From: Selaginella moellendorffii
Lineage: Eukaryota > Plantae > Lycopodiophyta
Length of the DNA: 64,000 nucleotides
Direction: 5' to 3'
Assembly: GCF_000143415.4 (NCBI RefSeq)
Contig: NW_003314265.1
Span: 4,026,443 to 4,090,442, forward strand
In this document: positions 21,103 to 33,920 of the stretch, one piece after another
Position numbering within the stretch: position 1 is the first letter of the stretch
How the letters are laid out: the number at the start of each line of letters is the position of its first letter
Notes under the pieces: model-generated
Databases searched by the model: none
Seen by the model: only the letters and a program-made list of their open reading frames with translations
Told to the model about the DNA's origin: nothing
Made by a program: the position numbers and the translations under genes

Positions 21103-21890
21103 CGGAATATTTGGTCTCCTCTGGTCCATCGCAATCTTGCAACTTGCAAAAAAGTAGTGCGCTACGGTTCTTCTCCTCTCCTACACCTTGTTTGATTGGT
21201 TTTCTCGGCGAATTATCTCGCTTGGCTCCCCATTTTCTCTGATTTGGAGTGGGGGGAGGTTAGATTTGATTTGGAAAAGCAAGTGCTGCGGTCGGAAAAA
21301 TCTCACTTGCTTCTCAGCGATGGATTTGTTCTTGCTTCTTTTCGCAGTGATCTCTGTGCCGCTCCTCCCTCACAAAGCACAATTTGTACAAAAGAAAAAG
21401 TAGCAAAGAAAAAATTCCAGCTTGTGGTGGATGAATCGATCGAGGTCCACCTTCAGGATTTGACGAGCATGACGATGCAGCGGCGGAAGATGTAGAACCT
21501 CGACCTTTGCTCCTTCAAGAGCGAGTAGAGTCGGCCGCATTTCAAGCCACCGCCGCCGCTCGACGAGCGCGGCTCGCCCAGTCGCCTCACGGCATGGCCC
21601 GGCTTGTTGAGGCACTGACACATGATCTCGATCGACGATCGAATTGCTTGTATATATAGCGAGCGAATGGATGGATCACTGCACTTCCCAAATCAAAGCT
21701 CAAAATGACAGAAAATGGGGAATAATTCGCCGAGCAAACCAATCAAACAAGGTGTCGGCGAGGAGCGAAGAACCGTAGAGCACTACTTTTTTGCAAGTTG
21801 CAAGATTGCGATGGACCAACAGAACGGGGCCGGAGGCCTCCTTTTATATCTATAGCCGTCGGAGAGGGAGAGAGGAGACCAAATATTCCG
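21103..21890. repeat. Inverted repeat pair (21103-21238 and 21710-21890) enclosing the DVL gene
   Basis: GGTCCATCGCAATCTTGCAACTTGCAAAAAAGTAGTGC...ACACCTTGTTTGATTGGTTT recurs as its reverse complement, roughly 90% identical by eye. The right arm carries a ~55-bp extra segment. Confidence 0.9.
21453..21623 (-). CDS. DEVIL/ROTUNDIFOLIA4-like (DVL/RTFL) small peptide, 56 aa
   Basis: Manual translation: MCQCLNKPGHAVRRLGEPRSSSGGGGLKCGRLYSLLKEQRSRFYIFRRCIVMLVKS*. The RTF signature is KEQR.R.YI.RRC..ML. TATA-like CTATATATA lies ~30 bp upstream. Too short for the ORF track. Confidence 0.9.
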   Translation of the reverse strand: MCQCLNKPGHAVRRLGEPRSSSGGGGLKCGRLYSLLKEQRSRFYIFRRCIVMLVKS

Positions 21891-21985
21891 ACTCATCCGG
21901 ATTGTTCCGCTAATCCAAACCGGATTGGATCTTTCGAAACGACGCGATTTTTTCTTCTCTCGATGTTTTCGGCATCGTGAGGATA

Positions 21986-23760
21986 TGAGCGGCACCTCTC
22001 CGATCAATTCCAGCAGCTCCACCGCCATCGCATTCCGCGCTCGTCTTCCTTCTCGGATCTGCCCAAGCTCCGGAGCATCCAATCCTCCACAGCGATTTCT
22101 CCCGCGACAAGCTCCTCAACGCCTCTACGGCAAGTGCGGCTGCCTGGACGAGGCATGCAGGGTCTTCGATGGCATCCTCCACAAGGACGTCTACACGTGG
22201 ACGGCCATGATTGGCGCCTAACAAAATGCCCGAAAAGAACGCCGTGACATGGAACGCGATGATCACAACATATGCCAAGGCAGGGCATCTGGAAGAAGAA
22301 AAGAATCTCTTCGATCGAATGCCACACTGGACGTTGATCTCGTGGAACATCATGTTTGTTGCTTACGCCACTGATCTTGATCTAAACGGTGTACTTGATC
22401 TGCTCGATTCCATGCAGGAGAGAAACGTATTTACGTGGAACACGATGATCACTGCATTTGCCCAAGAAGGGCAGTTGTAGGCCGCAAAGTCAATATTCCG
22501 GATTGGAATCTCGCTACCTGGACGACAATGCTGCAGGCCTATGCCCAAATGGGGCACCTCTCCGACGCTTGGGCGGTGTTCCGGTCCATGCCGGAGCATG
22601 ACGTGATATGCTGGATCGCAATTCTCCTTGCGAACTACCAAAACAGCGACCTCGCGAGCACGGAAGCTGTGTTTGATTCCATGCCGGACTGGAGTGCTGC
22701 TTCGTGCACGGTGATGCTCCAGGCCCTTTCCGACACTGCAGCAAGTGACGTCTACGATTCGATTACGGACAAGAATGTGGTGGCGGGGACGGTCATGATC
22801 ACCGCGTATTCCCAGGCGGGAATGTCTACCCACGCCCAGGAGGTTTTCGATTCCATGGAAGAGAAAAACGTGCTGACGTGGAGCTCTCTCATGTCTGCAT
22901 ATGCCCAGGCCGGGCAGATGCCTCAAGCGGAGAATCTCTTTGAGCATGTGCCAGAACGGAACTTGGTGTCGTGTTAAACGATGATATCCGGGTTCGTGAA
23001 GAATGGAAACTTAGAGAATGAAAGATTCTGTTTTGATTCCATGCCGGAGCACACGCAGGCAGCGTGGAACGCAAAGGCGACAGCATATACCATTTCCGGG
23101 CATCTGGAAGACGCTAAGGAAACGTTCGACGACATGCCCGATCGAGACCAAATCTCCTACACGGCCATGTTCCAATCTTACGCGCAAAACGGAAACATAG
23201 GCGAAGGGATATCGCTCGTCTACGCAATGCCGCACAGAGACGTCAAGACCTGGAATGCGATAATGGCAGCACTTGCCCAGAAGGGGTATCTGGATCGCGC
23301 GCGCCGGGTGTTCGACGCCATGCCAGAATCCAACGGAGTCTCGTGGAGCGCCATAGTCTCCTGCTACGCGCAGACGGGCCGCGGGGAGTCAGGTGTCCGG
23401 ATGTTTGCGGCAATGGCGGCAGAGGGATTCCCCGCAGACCAGGTGGCTTGCCTGAGCGGGCTCGTCGCTCAAACCCACATCGGCCGCGTCCCGCAGTGCT
23501 GCGCCTTCTTCCGCTCCATGCAACAGGACTTCGGGGTGGCGCCGCTGGCGGAGCACTTGCATGGTGGACTTGCTGGGAAAGGCCGGGCATCCGCTGCTGG
23601 CGGCTCCATGCAGACGTCGGGCGGGCCGGCGGCGCGGCCAGGAATCTCTTCGCCGTGGACACTCGAGATTCCGGATCTCACGTGTTGCTGTCCAACATGT
23701 GTGCTTATCCAAGTCTACTGCCCGATATTTCCACGCCTTTAGTACTCTTCAATGTGCGAT
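21986..23760 (+). pseudogene. PLS-class PPR (with E-domain) pseudogene
   Basis: Repeated LYGKCG.LDEA.RVFD / MPE.NVV.WNAM..AYAQ.G motifs and an E-motif (SHVLLSNM). Interrupted by stops at 22219, 22478 and 22975 and by frameshifts. Confidence 0.9.
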
Positions 23761-23843
23761 TTTATTTAGATTAACTTAGGTATATTCGCGGATACTTTCG
23801 GGGGTGTTTATATACCTAAAGAAAGCAGAGCTGTGGAAAAAGG

Positions 23844-24323
23844 ATGTCTAGTTTTTTGCGAGGATCTCTCCCGTTTCGTCTCGCTGCAAATTCCGGAGCG
23901 CTGCAAGAAACTGAGAGGAGGAGGAACTGCAAGCCTGGGGTCGCGCGCTGCTCCTTCTCCTCCTACGCGAGCGGCGGGACGGCGGATCTGTACGCGATGC
24001 TGGGCGTGAGCTGCGGCGCCGACGCCTCGGAGATCAAGAGCAGCTACCGCAAGCTCGCGCTGCGCTACCACCCCGACGTCTGCCCGGCCGGCGACCGCGA
24101 GCAATGCTCCCGGATGTTCATGCGCGTCCAGGAGGCGTACCAGGTGCTGTGCGACCCGGAGCAGCGCGCGGGCTACGATCTGGCGCTGGTGCGCGGATCG
24201 GGATCGTTCCAGCGGCGATCATCCAGCAGCGTGTCATGGCGAGCGCAGGTCGATGCGATCAGGAGGCGACGCCCGAAGAGTGGATCGTGGGCCGCGACGA
24301 TGCGGACAAACTCGCGCCGCTAG
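23844..24323 (+). CDS. Small J-domain (DnaJ) protein, probably plastid-targeted
   Basis: DLYAMLGV...EIKSSYRKLALRYHPD...EAYQVLCDPEQRAGYD, with an Ser/Arg-rich N-terminal extension. Confidence 0.92.
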   Translation: MSSFLRGSLPFRLAANSGALQETERRRNCKPGVARCSFSSYASGGTADLYAMLGVSCGADASEIKSSYRKLALRYHPDVCPAGDREQCSRMFMRVQEAYQVLCDPEQRAGYDLALVRGSGSFQRRSSSSVSWRAQVDAIRRRRPKSGSWAATMRTNSRR

Positions 24324-24419
24324 AGCAATGTGTTGTAAACTCTTCCAAAACTAATCCAATCCAAATCATCCCCGTCAACTTTTGTTTGAAAAGTTCAAGG
24401 GGACAGGACACCGATCTCG

Positions 24420-27400
24420 TCACAGCAGCACTCTGGAGTCGTCCGAATCCAATTTTGCTGGCGATGGGGCCCCGCGCCGGCTGCTTTTGGAGCTCGCCCC
24501 CGTGGCTCTGGCCTGCCTCAGCATCTCCACCGCCTCTTTCATCGTCGGGCGATCGCCCGGCCTTTCCCTGGTGCAGAAGAGCGCCACTCGCAGCAGCAGT
24601 GACATCTCGCTCCTGTCACCCTCGCTCGCGAATTCCCACACCGAGGGATCCGCCAGTACCTCTATGCTGCCGCATTTCTTTGCCCAAGACACTATATTCT
24701 GGCCCCTTTCCAAGAACAGCGGGTCCACCGGCGACTTTCCTACCAAAAGCTCCAGAATGACGACGCCAAAGCTGTAGACGTCGCTCTTCTCGTTTACTCG
24801 CAGCGTGTAGGCATACTCTGCGCAAAGCCAGCCTGAGAAACGTGCGGAAACACGCAAAACACGTACCAGGAGCAATGTAGCCGTATGATCCGGCGATGGA
24901 CGACATGGAGCCCGTCTCCACTTGCTTCTCCACGAGCTTGGCGAGGCCAAAGTCCGCGATCCTGGCTTTCACCTCGATGTCGAGGAGGATGTTGTTGGAC
25001 TTGATGTCCCTGTGGATGATCGCCGGCGAGCAGTCGTGGTGCAAGTACGCCAGGCCCTGCGCCGTCCCGAGAGCGATCTCGTAGCGCGTTTGCCACGAGA
25101 GGCTCTCGCTGGGCCGCCTGTAGAGCATGTCTCCCAGGCTCCCGTTCGCCATGAACTCGTACACCAGGAGGTCGCAGTCGTCGAGCTTGAAGAAGGCGTG
25201 GAGCTTGACGATGTTCCGGTGCTTCACCTGGCCAGCGGTCTTAAGCTCGCGCAGGGAGCTTCGGTCGTCCACTGCGCTTCTTTCACCCTGTACGAGCTGG
25301 AGCTTCTTCACGGCGAACTCCAGTCCGGATGGCAGCTTTGCTTTGTAGACCGTCCCATAGGCACCCTGTCCGATGACGAAGCGCGAGTGGAAGTTGTCCG
25401 TCGCGGCGACCAAAGCCTCGTACGTGATCCCTCTCCTACGATCGCCGAAGACGAGGCTGGTCTGCCTGTGCGCCGACGCTCTCTTCCACGCGTAGCAGCA
25501 TGCCACGATCGCCACCGAGGCTATGAGCGCGCTGCCGACGATGATTCCCACAAGTCCTGCCGTCGGTATTCTCCTCGTCGTCCCGCTACCGCTCTCGTCA
25601 CTGGCGCAAGGACTCAAAGCTTGCGAGCCGCACAAGCCACTGTTTCCCAGAAAGGAGCTGTTGAATCTTTGCTGCGATCGCCATCCATCCGGGAGACGTC
25701 CGCTCAACTGGTTGAAAGAAACGTTAAGAACCTCCAAGCTTCTCAGCTGGTCGAGCTGGGACGGTATCACTCCGGTGAGCATGTTGTAGGACAGATCCAG
25801 CGTTTGCAGCCTCGTCAACGCAGCCAACTGAGGTGGAATCGTGCCGGCGAGCTCATTTCCGTGAAGATCCAGAACGCTCAGAGACTCTAACGAGCCAAGC
25901 TGGACGGGAATCCGACCCTGTAACCTGTTCTTCGCCACGTCCAAAGTTATCAAGTTCCGCAGTTCCATCCAGAAAGTTGGCAGCTCTCCCTCGAGCGCAT
26001 TTCCGTGAAGGATGAGGTCCATCAGCCCGGTAAGGTTGCTGATGCCTGTCGGTATCGCTCCACTGAGATTGTTGCGGCTGAGATCTAGCTGGAGGAGCTC
26101 CGAGAGCCGACCGACGGTAGGAAAGATGGAGCCAGTGAGATGGTTCCCCGACGCGTTGAAAAGCGTGAGCTCCTCGAGGTGCTGGAGAGAGTCTGGAATG
26201 GAGCCAGAGAGCTGGTTGTCATGCACCAGAAGCGCCGTCAGCCTGAAGCACTTGCCGAGCTCCTCCGGGATGGATCCGTTGAAACTGTTGTCCGAGACGT
26301 CCATGTAAGTCAAGTTGGTATTGTCGCCAAACTCGCGGGGGATAGCTCCCGAGAGGCGGTTCGTGCCGAGGAAAATCCGCCGCAAGCTCTTGCAACCCGC
26401 CAGGCCCACAGGGATCCCCCCGGTCAACCTGTTTCTCTCGAGGCTGATCGCGGACAGGGAACCGCTCGAGCAAAGTCCGGGAGGAATGGTTCCTTCGAGG
26501 CTGTTGTTTGCAGAGTGTACGATTGTCAGCATCCCGTTATCTCCGAGTCTTTGCGGAAGTGGTCCACTGAGATCGTTGCTTTGCAAGTAGAGGCGCTGCC
26601 AAGCCATGTCCCCGAATCGCGAAGGAATTCCTCCGGTCAAGTAGTTCTCCGACAAGTCCATGACGGACAGCTGAGAGCAGTTGCCCAACTCCTCGGGGAT
26701 GCTTCCACTGAGCTGGTTGGTTCTCGCTTGGAAGGTTTCTAAGCTCGTCAGCTGCCCGAATTCTCTGGGGATCCCACCACCAAGACCATTCTCCGAGATG
26801 TCCACGTACACTAGCTTCTCCAGCCCCGACAAACTCCGAGGGATTTCTCCAGACAAGTGATTCATGTTGAGTACGAGGGCGGTCAAGTTCTTGCAGTCAC
26901 CGAGCTCGGCTGGAATGCTGCCAGAAAAACCATTGTCCGCGAGCTGTAGAACCGACAAGCTGGCCAGCTTTCCAAGCTCCGGAGGAATCCGGCCCTCGAG
27001 CTGGTTTGTGTTGACGTCGATATGTTCCAGGCGGGTGCAGTTGGCAAGCTCGGCGGGGAGCTCTCCCGAGAAGCCATTATCAAACAGCTGGAGCGACTGG
27101 AGCCTGGTTAAGTTCCCGAGCTCTCGCGGTATGATCCCGGACAAGTTGTTCGTCCCGAGGAGCAAAGTCGAGAGGTTGGCACACCTTCCAAGGCTGGGAG
27201 GAATGCCGCCGGTGAACTGGTTCTCCTGGAGGATGAGCACGTCGAGATGGACCAGGCTGCCGATCCCAGCGGGGATCTCCCCGTTCATCTTGTTGCTAAA
27301 GAGATGCAAGTTCTGGAGCATCGTGAGCCTGCCAATGTCCGGGGGGATCTCTCCAGTGAGATTGTTCTGGTAGAGCACGAGAATCTCCAGCTTCACCATC

Positions 27401-27945
27401 CTTGTGATCGAGGAAGGGATGCCCCCCTCGAGCTGGTTGACACTCAAGTCGATGAACGTCATGTTTGCGCAGTTCCCGAGCTCCGGAGGGATCCTCCCGG
27501 TGATGTGAGTGTTGTTGCTGAGATCGAGCTGCTCGAGGCTGGCGCACTGCCCAATCTCGCCGGGAATCTCACCGTCGAGCCAATTGTATGACATGTTGAG
27601 GAAGCGCAAGCTCCTGAGCCTGCCCAGCGCCGGAGAGATGCTTCCCGCAAGATTCAACCCCTGGATCGTCACGTTGAGCACAGCATCGTTGTCGCGGCTT
27701 CGGCCATCGCTGGCGCAGGTCACGCCGATCCACTGGGAGCAGGGCCGGGACTCATTCCAGCTCGCCAGGCTGCCATTCCTGTCGATAATCGCAGCTTTCA
27801 CCTCGAGCAGCGCCTGGAGATCGCTCGACAGCGCCGCCGCGAGCCCTGGCAGCAATGCCAGCGCTGCCGCTGCCGCTAGGGCTAGGGCTACAAAGATTTC
27901 GATCCAAGAAGAATACCTGGATTGCCCTCGACGAGACATCCACAT
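24420..27945 (-). CDS. LRR receptor-like kinase (subfamily XI-like); exons 27945-24867 and 24817-24420
   Basis: Signal peptide, more than 20 LRRs, TM segment and kinase (HRDIKSNN, DFG). A 49-bp GT-AG intron (24866-24818) restores YIAPEYAYT. First ATG taken at 27945. Confidence 0.95.
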
Positions 27946-28348
27946 TGCTCCCGGGGTCGCTGGTACCACGGCTACGATAGGCGAATATCATCGCCTTGCC
28001 CATCTCGCTGACGATTAAACTATTGGAAGGCGGCACGGGAAAGCGATAGAATGGGGAAATTTCGTCAACGCGGGCGGGCGCAAACACACTTTGAAGAAAA
28101 ACTCACTCCTCTGACCCTTATAGAACCCTATGTCCCGCCACGTCAGCACAAAGATATTCGGCGAATAATTTCCGCGATAAAGATAATGTTTATGGTTATG
28201 GTAATGGTAATGGCGGAGTAAATAACCAAGAGTTCCGTTACCCAGGCCCACGACGAAAGTTACGAGCTCCAACAGCCTGCGTCTATAAAAACTGGCCACT
28301 TTTTTTTTTTCTTGGTTCTCTATTTTTCTCGCTCGTTTACTTTGCTCC

Positions 28349-29593
28349 ATGGAGCTTGCAAACATCTCTGAGCTTCGGCTGCTGCTACTGCTGCTTCTCA
28401 TGGCTTCTTGCTTCGCGACCGACGATCCGGCGACGGTGGGCGACAATGATCTCGTCGTCGGACGGGTTTTCTGCGACCGATGCATCGAGGGCCGCTTCTC
28501 CGAGTACGCAATCTTCGTCAAAGGTAAGTCGTAGTCCTGGATGATCTTGTGAGAACTCTTGCTCAATAGAACTTACCACTGGCGATGGTTTGATCGCGTT
28601 CCAGGTGCCAAAGTCGCACTCGAATGCACGCAGCAAGACGGGGGGATTCACGTCGTCGAGGCAGTGACGGACTCGGCCGGAGCGTTCGCCATTCCGGTGG
28701 ACGAGCCCGGCTCTTCGTGCGCCGTGAAGCTGCTGAGCACTCCCACTCCGCAGTGCAACATCGCGGCCAAGCACGCACAGACGCTCAACGCCAACATGCG
28801 CACCAAGGACAACGTTATCTACGTCGGCCTTCTCAGCTTCCGGCCCGAGGAGCCGCTTCCCATCTGTTCCCAAAGGGCTTACTACGCTTCGCCGCCGCTG
28901 CCACCCGAGTACTGCTACGCACCACCGGCATACTCTTCTCCAGCACCTGTAAGTCGACCGCCATCACCCCCTCCAGCGTACTCCTCTCCAGCACCGATAA
29001 GCCGACCACCATCGCCACCTCCAGCGTACTCTTCACCAGCACCGATAAGTCGACCGTCATCGCCACCTCCGTATGCTTCTCCAGCGCCGATAAGTCGACC
29101 ACCATCGCCACCACCGTACTCTTCCCCAGCACCAGTTAGTCGGCCACCGTCGCCACCACCTTACTCGTCTCCAGCACCAGTCAGTCGGCCACCATCGCCA
29201 CCACCTTACTCATCCTCAGCACCGCCAGCTTACTCCTCCCCAGCACCTATAAGTCGACCACCATCGCCGCCACTGTACTCTTCTCCCGCTCCTATAGTCC
29301 GCTCCTCCCCGCCCCCGCTCTATTCCTCTCCAGCTCCCACAACTCGTGCTTCACCGCCACCTTTGTACTCTTCCCCGGCTCCGACTGTCCGCTCGTCTCC
29401 GCCGCCCCTCTATGGCTCGCCTGGTCCAATTGTTCGGGGACCCCCGCCTCCACTCTACTCATCTCCAGCTCCAACCGCTCGACCATCGCCACCACCACTG
29501 TATGGTTCACCGGCTCCAACAGTAAGACCCGCGCCACCGCCAGTTTATTCCTCTCCGGCACCGATTGCTCGAGCTTCACCGCCCCCGTACTAA
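28349..29593 (+). CDS. Pollen Ole e 1 domain + proline-rich extensin-like cell wall protein; intron 28524-28604
   Basis: Signal peptide, then VVGRVFCDRC...KG|AKVALEC...C.VKLLS...C, followed by RPPSPPP.YSSPAP repeats. Confidence 0.9.
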
Positions 29594-29973
29594 AGCATCG
29601 AACGAGATAGATCGATAGTCTGATTAGCAAAAAAGAGTTAAGAGCATAAAATGAAGAACAGAACTTTGTTACCTATAGAAGTCGAATAAACTTTTTTTTG
29701 TCTTGACGCGAGAAAATGTCTGTTCACAAGCTTCGAAAGCCACAGCGCGACACAGCTGTTCCACGAGATATAGTAGCCTAGTAGAAGAAGAAAATTTGGA
29801 ATTTTACAGAGCACAAGGACTAGACTCTGATCCGCAATTGTGGAGGAGACTGTAGCACCACCACAACTATATAGCTGCTAAAACTTTGGAACACACCTGG
29901 GAACCCGAACCGTTATCCAACACACTCTTTTTTTTTCCTTCTCCTGCCAGCTCTTTCAAAAGATGGAAGTCCC

Positions 29974-30959
29974 TCAAAACAGCCTTCTCCTGAAACTCCT
30001 GGTTGTGGCCTGGTACGTCCGCACCATGAGGCCAACACCTATGCCAACGCCCAGGCACATCCCCAGGCCGATACCAACGCCTACCCTGACACCCGCGTTA
30101 AACCAGGACATCTCCCCGTCCTCGTTCTCCCCATACCCGGTTGCCTCGGGCAGGAAGAACTTGCTCAGCCCAAGTTCTTGGTTCTCATTACTTGCTTGAA
30201 TCGTGTCACTCGCATCAACCTGGAGCCACCGCAAAAGGGAAAAAAAAAGCAAACTTTTAGAATAGAAAGCGAAGAAAAGTCTGGCCTACCAACCTCAGAG
30301 TCCGTAGCAGCTCTGTTCTGTGAGCGATGACACTCCTCGTCCTCTGGAATGGCATCAAGCATTCCACACCGGGTCACTCTCCGCCGGGCCATGAGATGAA
30401 CAGTCCGAGTCAAGATTATCGGCGATCCAGAGTGGGAGCCCACAACGCAGATCTCCATTGTCGGTGGTGTGAGGAAGTACTCGTGGCGGCCACGAGTGAA
30501 AACACATCCAGCTGATCCCAAAGCACAGTTGCACTCCATATTCCATACAACGCTTCCGGCCTTGTTGGTGGACGAGGACTTCTTCTCCACCTTCTGGAGC
30601 ACGCCACTGAGAAGAACTTCCTCCTTATCGACAACCTCAAAACCAACAGACCCCACAACATGCAAGTGGTCCGTGCCGACGTAAGTCACCTCCACGGACT
30701 CGGTGTCCATCCTGTCCCTCCGGAGAGCCAGAGAAATCTCCTCGGAGGGAGGAATCCGGGCTCCATTCACCTCCAGGTACTTGTCGATCGTCCGCGAGGG
30801 GAAGCGCACCACCAGGGAGTCGGGATTCCCATCCAGCGGGCAGTAGCTCACTCGCACATAGAGAACCTTGACCTCGAGCGAGCCCCCCCCTCCGAAATAG
30901 CTGCCGCCCTCCATCTTGCTGCTGCCATGGGCCTCCGGTTCCTCCGCGGTGAGATTCAT
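29974..30959 (-). CDS. Conserved plant protein, At1g01500-like; intron 30293-30220
   Basis: N-terminal LEVKVLYVRVS and C-terminal SWFNAGVRVGVGIGLGMCLGVGIGVGLMVRTYQATTR. Start could be 30914 instead. Confidence 0.85.
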
Positions 30960-31523
30960 GACTCGTGCGCCTCACAATCGGGGCGACTCCTGCTGCATTT
31001 CACCGCCAAAACCGAGAGAAATTTCCCTCTCTCTCTCTCGATTCTTCCCACAGACCTCCAGCCCGCGATTACACCCGGACTGCTGCCGAGCATGCAAGAG
31101 GAGATCCGGGCGGGGCGGATGCAAGCACAGGCAGCCGCAACGATCCAAACCCTAGGCGCAGCGCAACAAACAAAGCTCCTTCCCGCAAACAAACCATGGA
31201 GGCAGCCCTAATTTCATGTAAGGCAGCAGGGCCTCAATAAATTGGAAACTCTGGGGACCGGCCAAACCGGTGGCTACCACGCGACCGCCACCGGCACGTG
31301 GACCTGATGTCCTGCCGCCGTTTGTATGGTCCGCCCATGGCCGTGGGACCTGACCATTAGATTTTCTCTGGCCGCCAATCCCAGCCGCCCATGTAAGATT
31401 CCTTTCTCATTTCTATTCTACTTCATCCTAAGCCTGGCTTTTTTTAATCCTCGAGAGCATTGACATGGTTTTGGTATGTGCCTCGTGAGCTGACGTTTTA
31501 CGTTGCCAAGCTTCTCGTGAAGA

Positions 31524-31555
<32 letters not shown>

Positions 31556-31584
31556 AAGCGTTCAAGGTCACAAGCTCAAGCTTG

Positions 31585-33546
31585 TTATTTGAGGCTAAGG
31601 AGGAATTTTTCCGGATGCTCCACCATATCCTTCCATTCATTGCAAAACCTTGCGATGGTTGCTCCGTCAATAACCCTGTGATCGGCACCCAACGTCACCT
31701 ACGCAATTGCCAAGGTGAGAGTTTGATCCTCCTCAGAAGCTTCGAAACGAAGAAACTTACGCTCATAATCGAGGCTGGATAGACTCGGCCCTCCTCATTG
31801 AACCTCGGAAGCTTTTGGATTCTTCCCACGGCGAGGATGGCCGCCTCCGGGAGATTGAGCACGGGAGAGCCGAACTTGCCACCAATGGCTCCAAAGTTTG
31901 ACACGGTTATTGTGCCATTGCTCACGTCGTCTGGGGTCAGCTTGTTGGCCGCGGCCAGCTTTGAGAGCCTCGTTATCTCGTCAGCAATCTGTTGATTTGC
32001 ATCAAAGAAGCGAGAGAAAAGCTGTTTAGTCGCTCGTAAAGAACACAAGTTTGGAGTTTTACTACCTCTTCCAGTGAAAGCTTCTGGACTTGCTTGATGT
32101 TTGGCACTGCCAGGCCAGAATCAGTAGCCATAGCGACTCCAACATTGTGCCATGCTGCATAAAGGATAACAGACAAAGCGCGAAGATCAGATAAAAAAAA
32201 CTTGAGAAGACACTTACTCTTGCAGCGGATTTCCGACGCGTCCTGGTTGATGTTGCTGTTGAGTATGGGGTACCTGACCAGCGTCAGCGAGAGTGCTTTG
32301 ATAAGAAACGGGAGGAAAGTAAGCTTGGAGCGAGTTTGTAATTGAAGATGAGCTCTTAATTTGACAAGAGCATCCACATTGATCTCCTCCATGTAATGAA
32401 AGTGAGGAACGGCTGCCGCGGCAGCCATGGTTTTGGCCATAATCCGCCTGAAACCTCTGAAAAGAAAAGAAAACAACATAAAGGACTGGTTTCTGGAAAG
32501 CGAAAAAAACATCAACCTGACTGGGATGACTTTATCGTCTTGCATCTGCTCGACTCTATCTGCCGAAATCTTGTCAAAGTCGGTAATTTCGTCCGCTGGG
32601 ACCGTTTCACCAGTCTCGGCGGGTGTCGAGCTGATGCCGGTGATATCGCTTTCCACAGCCTCTTTTACCGAAGCGATTTTCAAGACGTCGTCTTTGAGTA
32701 CTCTCCCCGCTTCGCCACTGCCAGCAACGTCCTTCAACGCAATGCCAAGCTGCCTTGCCAAGCTGCGAACCGCCGGTGTTGCAAGAACTTCTCGTTCTCG
32801 CTGGGAATTCTCCTTCTCTTCGAGCTTGAAACTTCCATCTCCATCCGAGATCATTATCTCCAGCAGAGTCTCTCCGACCCGAAAAAAACCAAAGAAGCAA
32901 GGTGTTAGCTTCGACTGGGCTAAGTAGTATCTCTATTACCTTAACCACGGCTCCGGGCATAAAGTTCACTTTTGACACCTTTCCTTTATATCTGCTCGTG
33001 ATTTCGATGGTGGCCTTGTCACTTTGGACCTCACAAAGCGGCTGGAATTCCTCCACACATTCTCCCTGCGATCCTTTCAGACACCGATTTTTAGTCGAGA
33101 ACCAAAAGCCTATACTATGAGCATACCTCCTTCACGAACCATCTCACAAGCTCGCAATCTACAATGCCCTCGCCTGTTTGAGCCAGAGGCACCTCCACAA
33201 TGCCTGCCTCAGACACCACGTTCGCTGCTTCCCCGCTCATCGTGCACAAAAAATTCCGTTGCCTCTACAGTCCAACTTAAAAATCAGATTTTCCAGGACA
33301 AGGAAAATCAACCACGAACAAAGAAGCAAACTTACAGGTGGAAAGAATTTCTCAGCCCTTTGCTGCACAAACTGGATCAAAGAAAGAAAGAATGAATGCC
33401 TCAGATCAAAGAAGAAACCAGAGAGCACAGCAGAAACTTACAATTTTTGGAAGCTGATTTACACCATCAAGTCTGGATTGACAAGCAGCTGAAGATCTCA
33501 GCAGCGCACGGCCTCTGAGCGCTCCAAGCACGCACAAGCGCCTCAT
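31585..33546 (-). CDS. BCE2: Branched-chain 2-oxoacid dehydrogenase E2 (lipoamide acyltransferase), multi-exon
   Basis: Lipoyl domain PLAQTGEGI.DCEL..WFVKE...EVQSDKA, E3-binding ATPAVR, catalytic GADHRVIDGA, and a mitochondrial-type N-terminus. Confidence 0.93.
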
Positions 33547-33920
33547 CTCTTGAGCTGATTTTCTCGCGCAGCTTTGCTCGCCAATCCCCAAATCCAACAA
33601 TCCACCTACCTGTGCCTGTTCTCGTCAAGTCCATTCACAATTGGACATGCGGTTTCGTCAGGCAGCATCCGTGACACAAACTAAGAGGGGCAAATTCAAC
33701 CTGTGTGTAAAAAAAATCAAAAAATGAAAGAAAAAGCATTACCGGATGGGATGATAATCCGGTTTCGTCAGGATAGAAACAAGCTGACACGGAGCTTCGA
33801 CCCTCACACGCCATTTGCGGAGGCGACGAGGAAGCTGGGAATCGAGCCTGAGACAGTTGTATACTTCACACCAGGTAGGATAGATTCCATTAACTCTTTT
33901 CAAAGAGACTAAAACACAGC

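Noticed and set aside
21370-21621. 83-aa minus-strand ORF in the track
   Set aside because: Wrong frame; the overlapping 56-aa frame carries the DVL signature.
24794-28018. Numerous antisense or alternate-frame ORFs over the LRR-RLK
   Set aside because: Shadow ORFs of GC-rich coding sequence with no recognisable domains.
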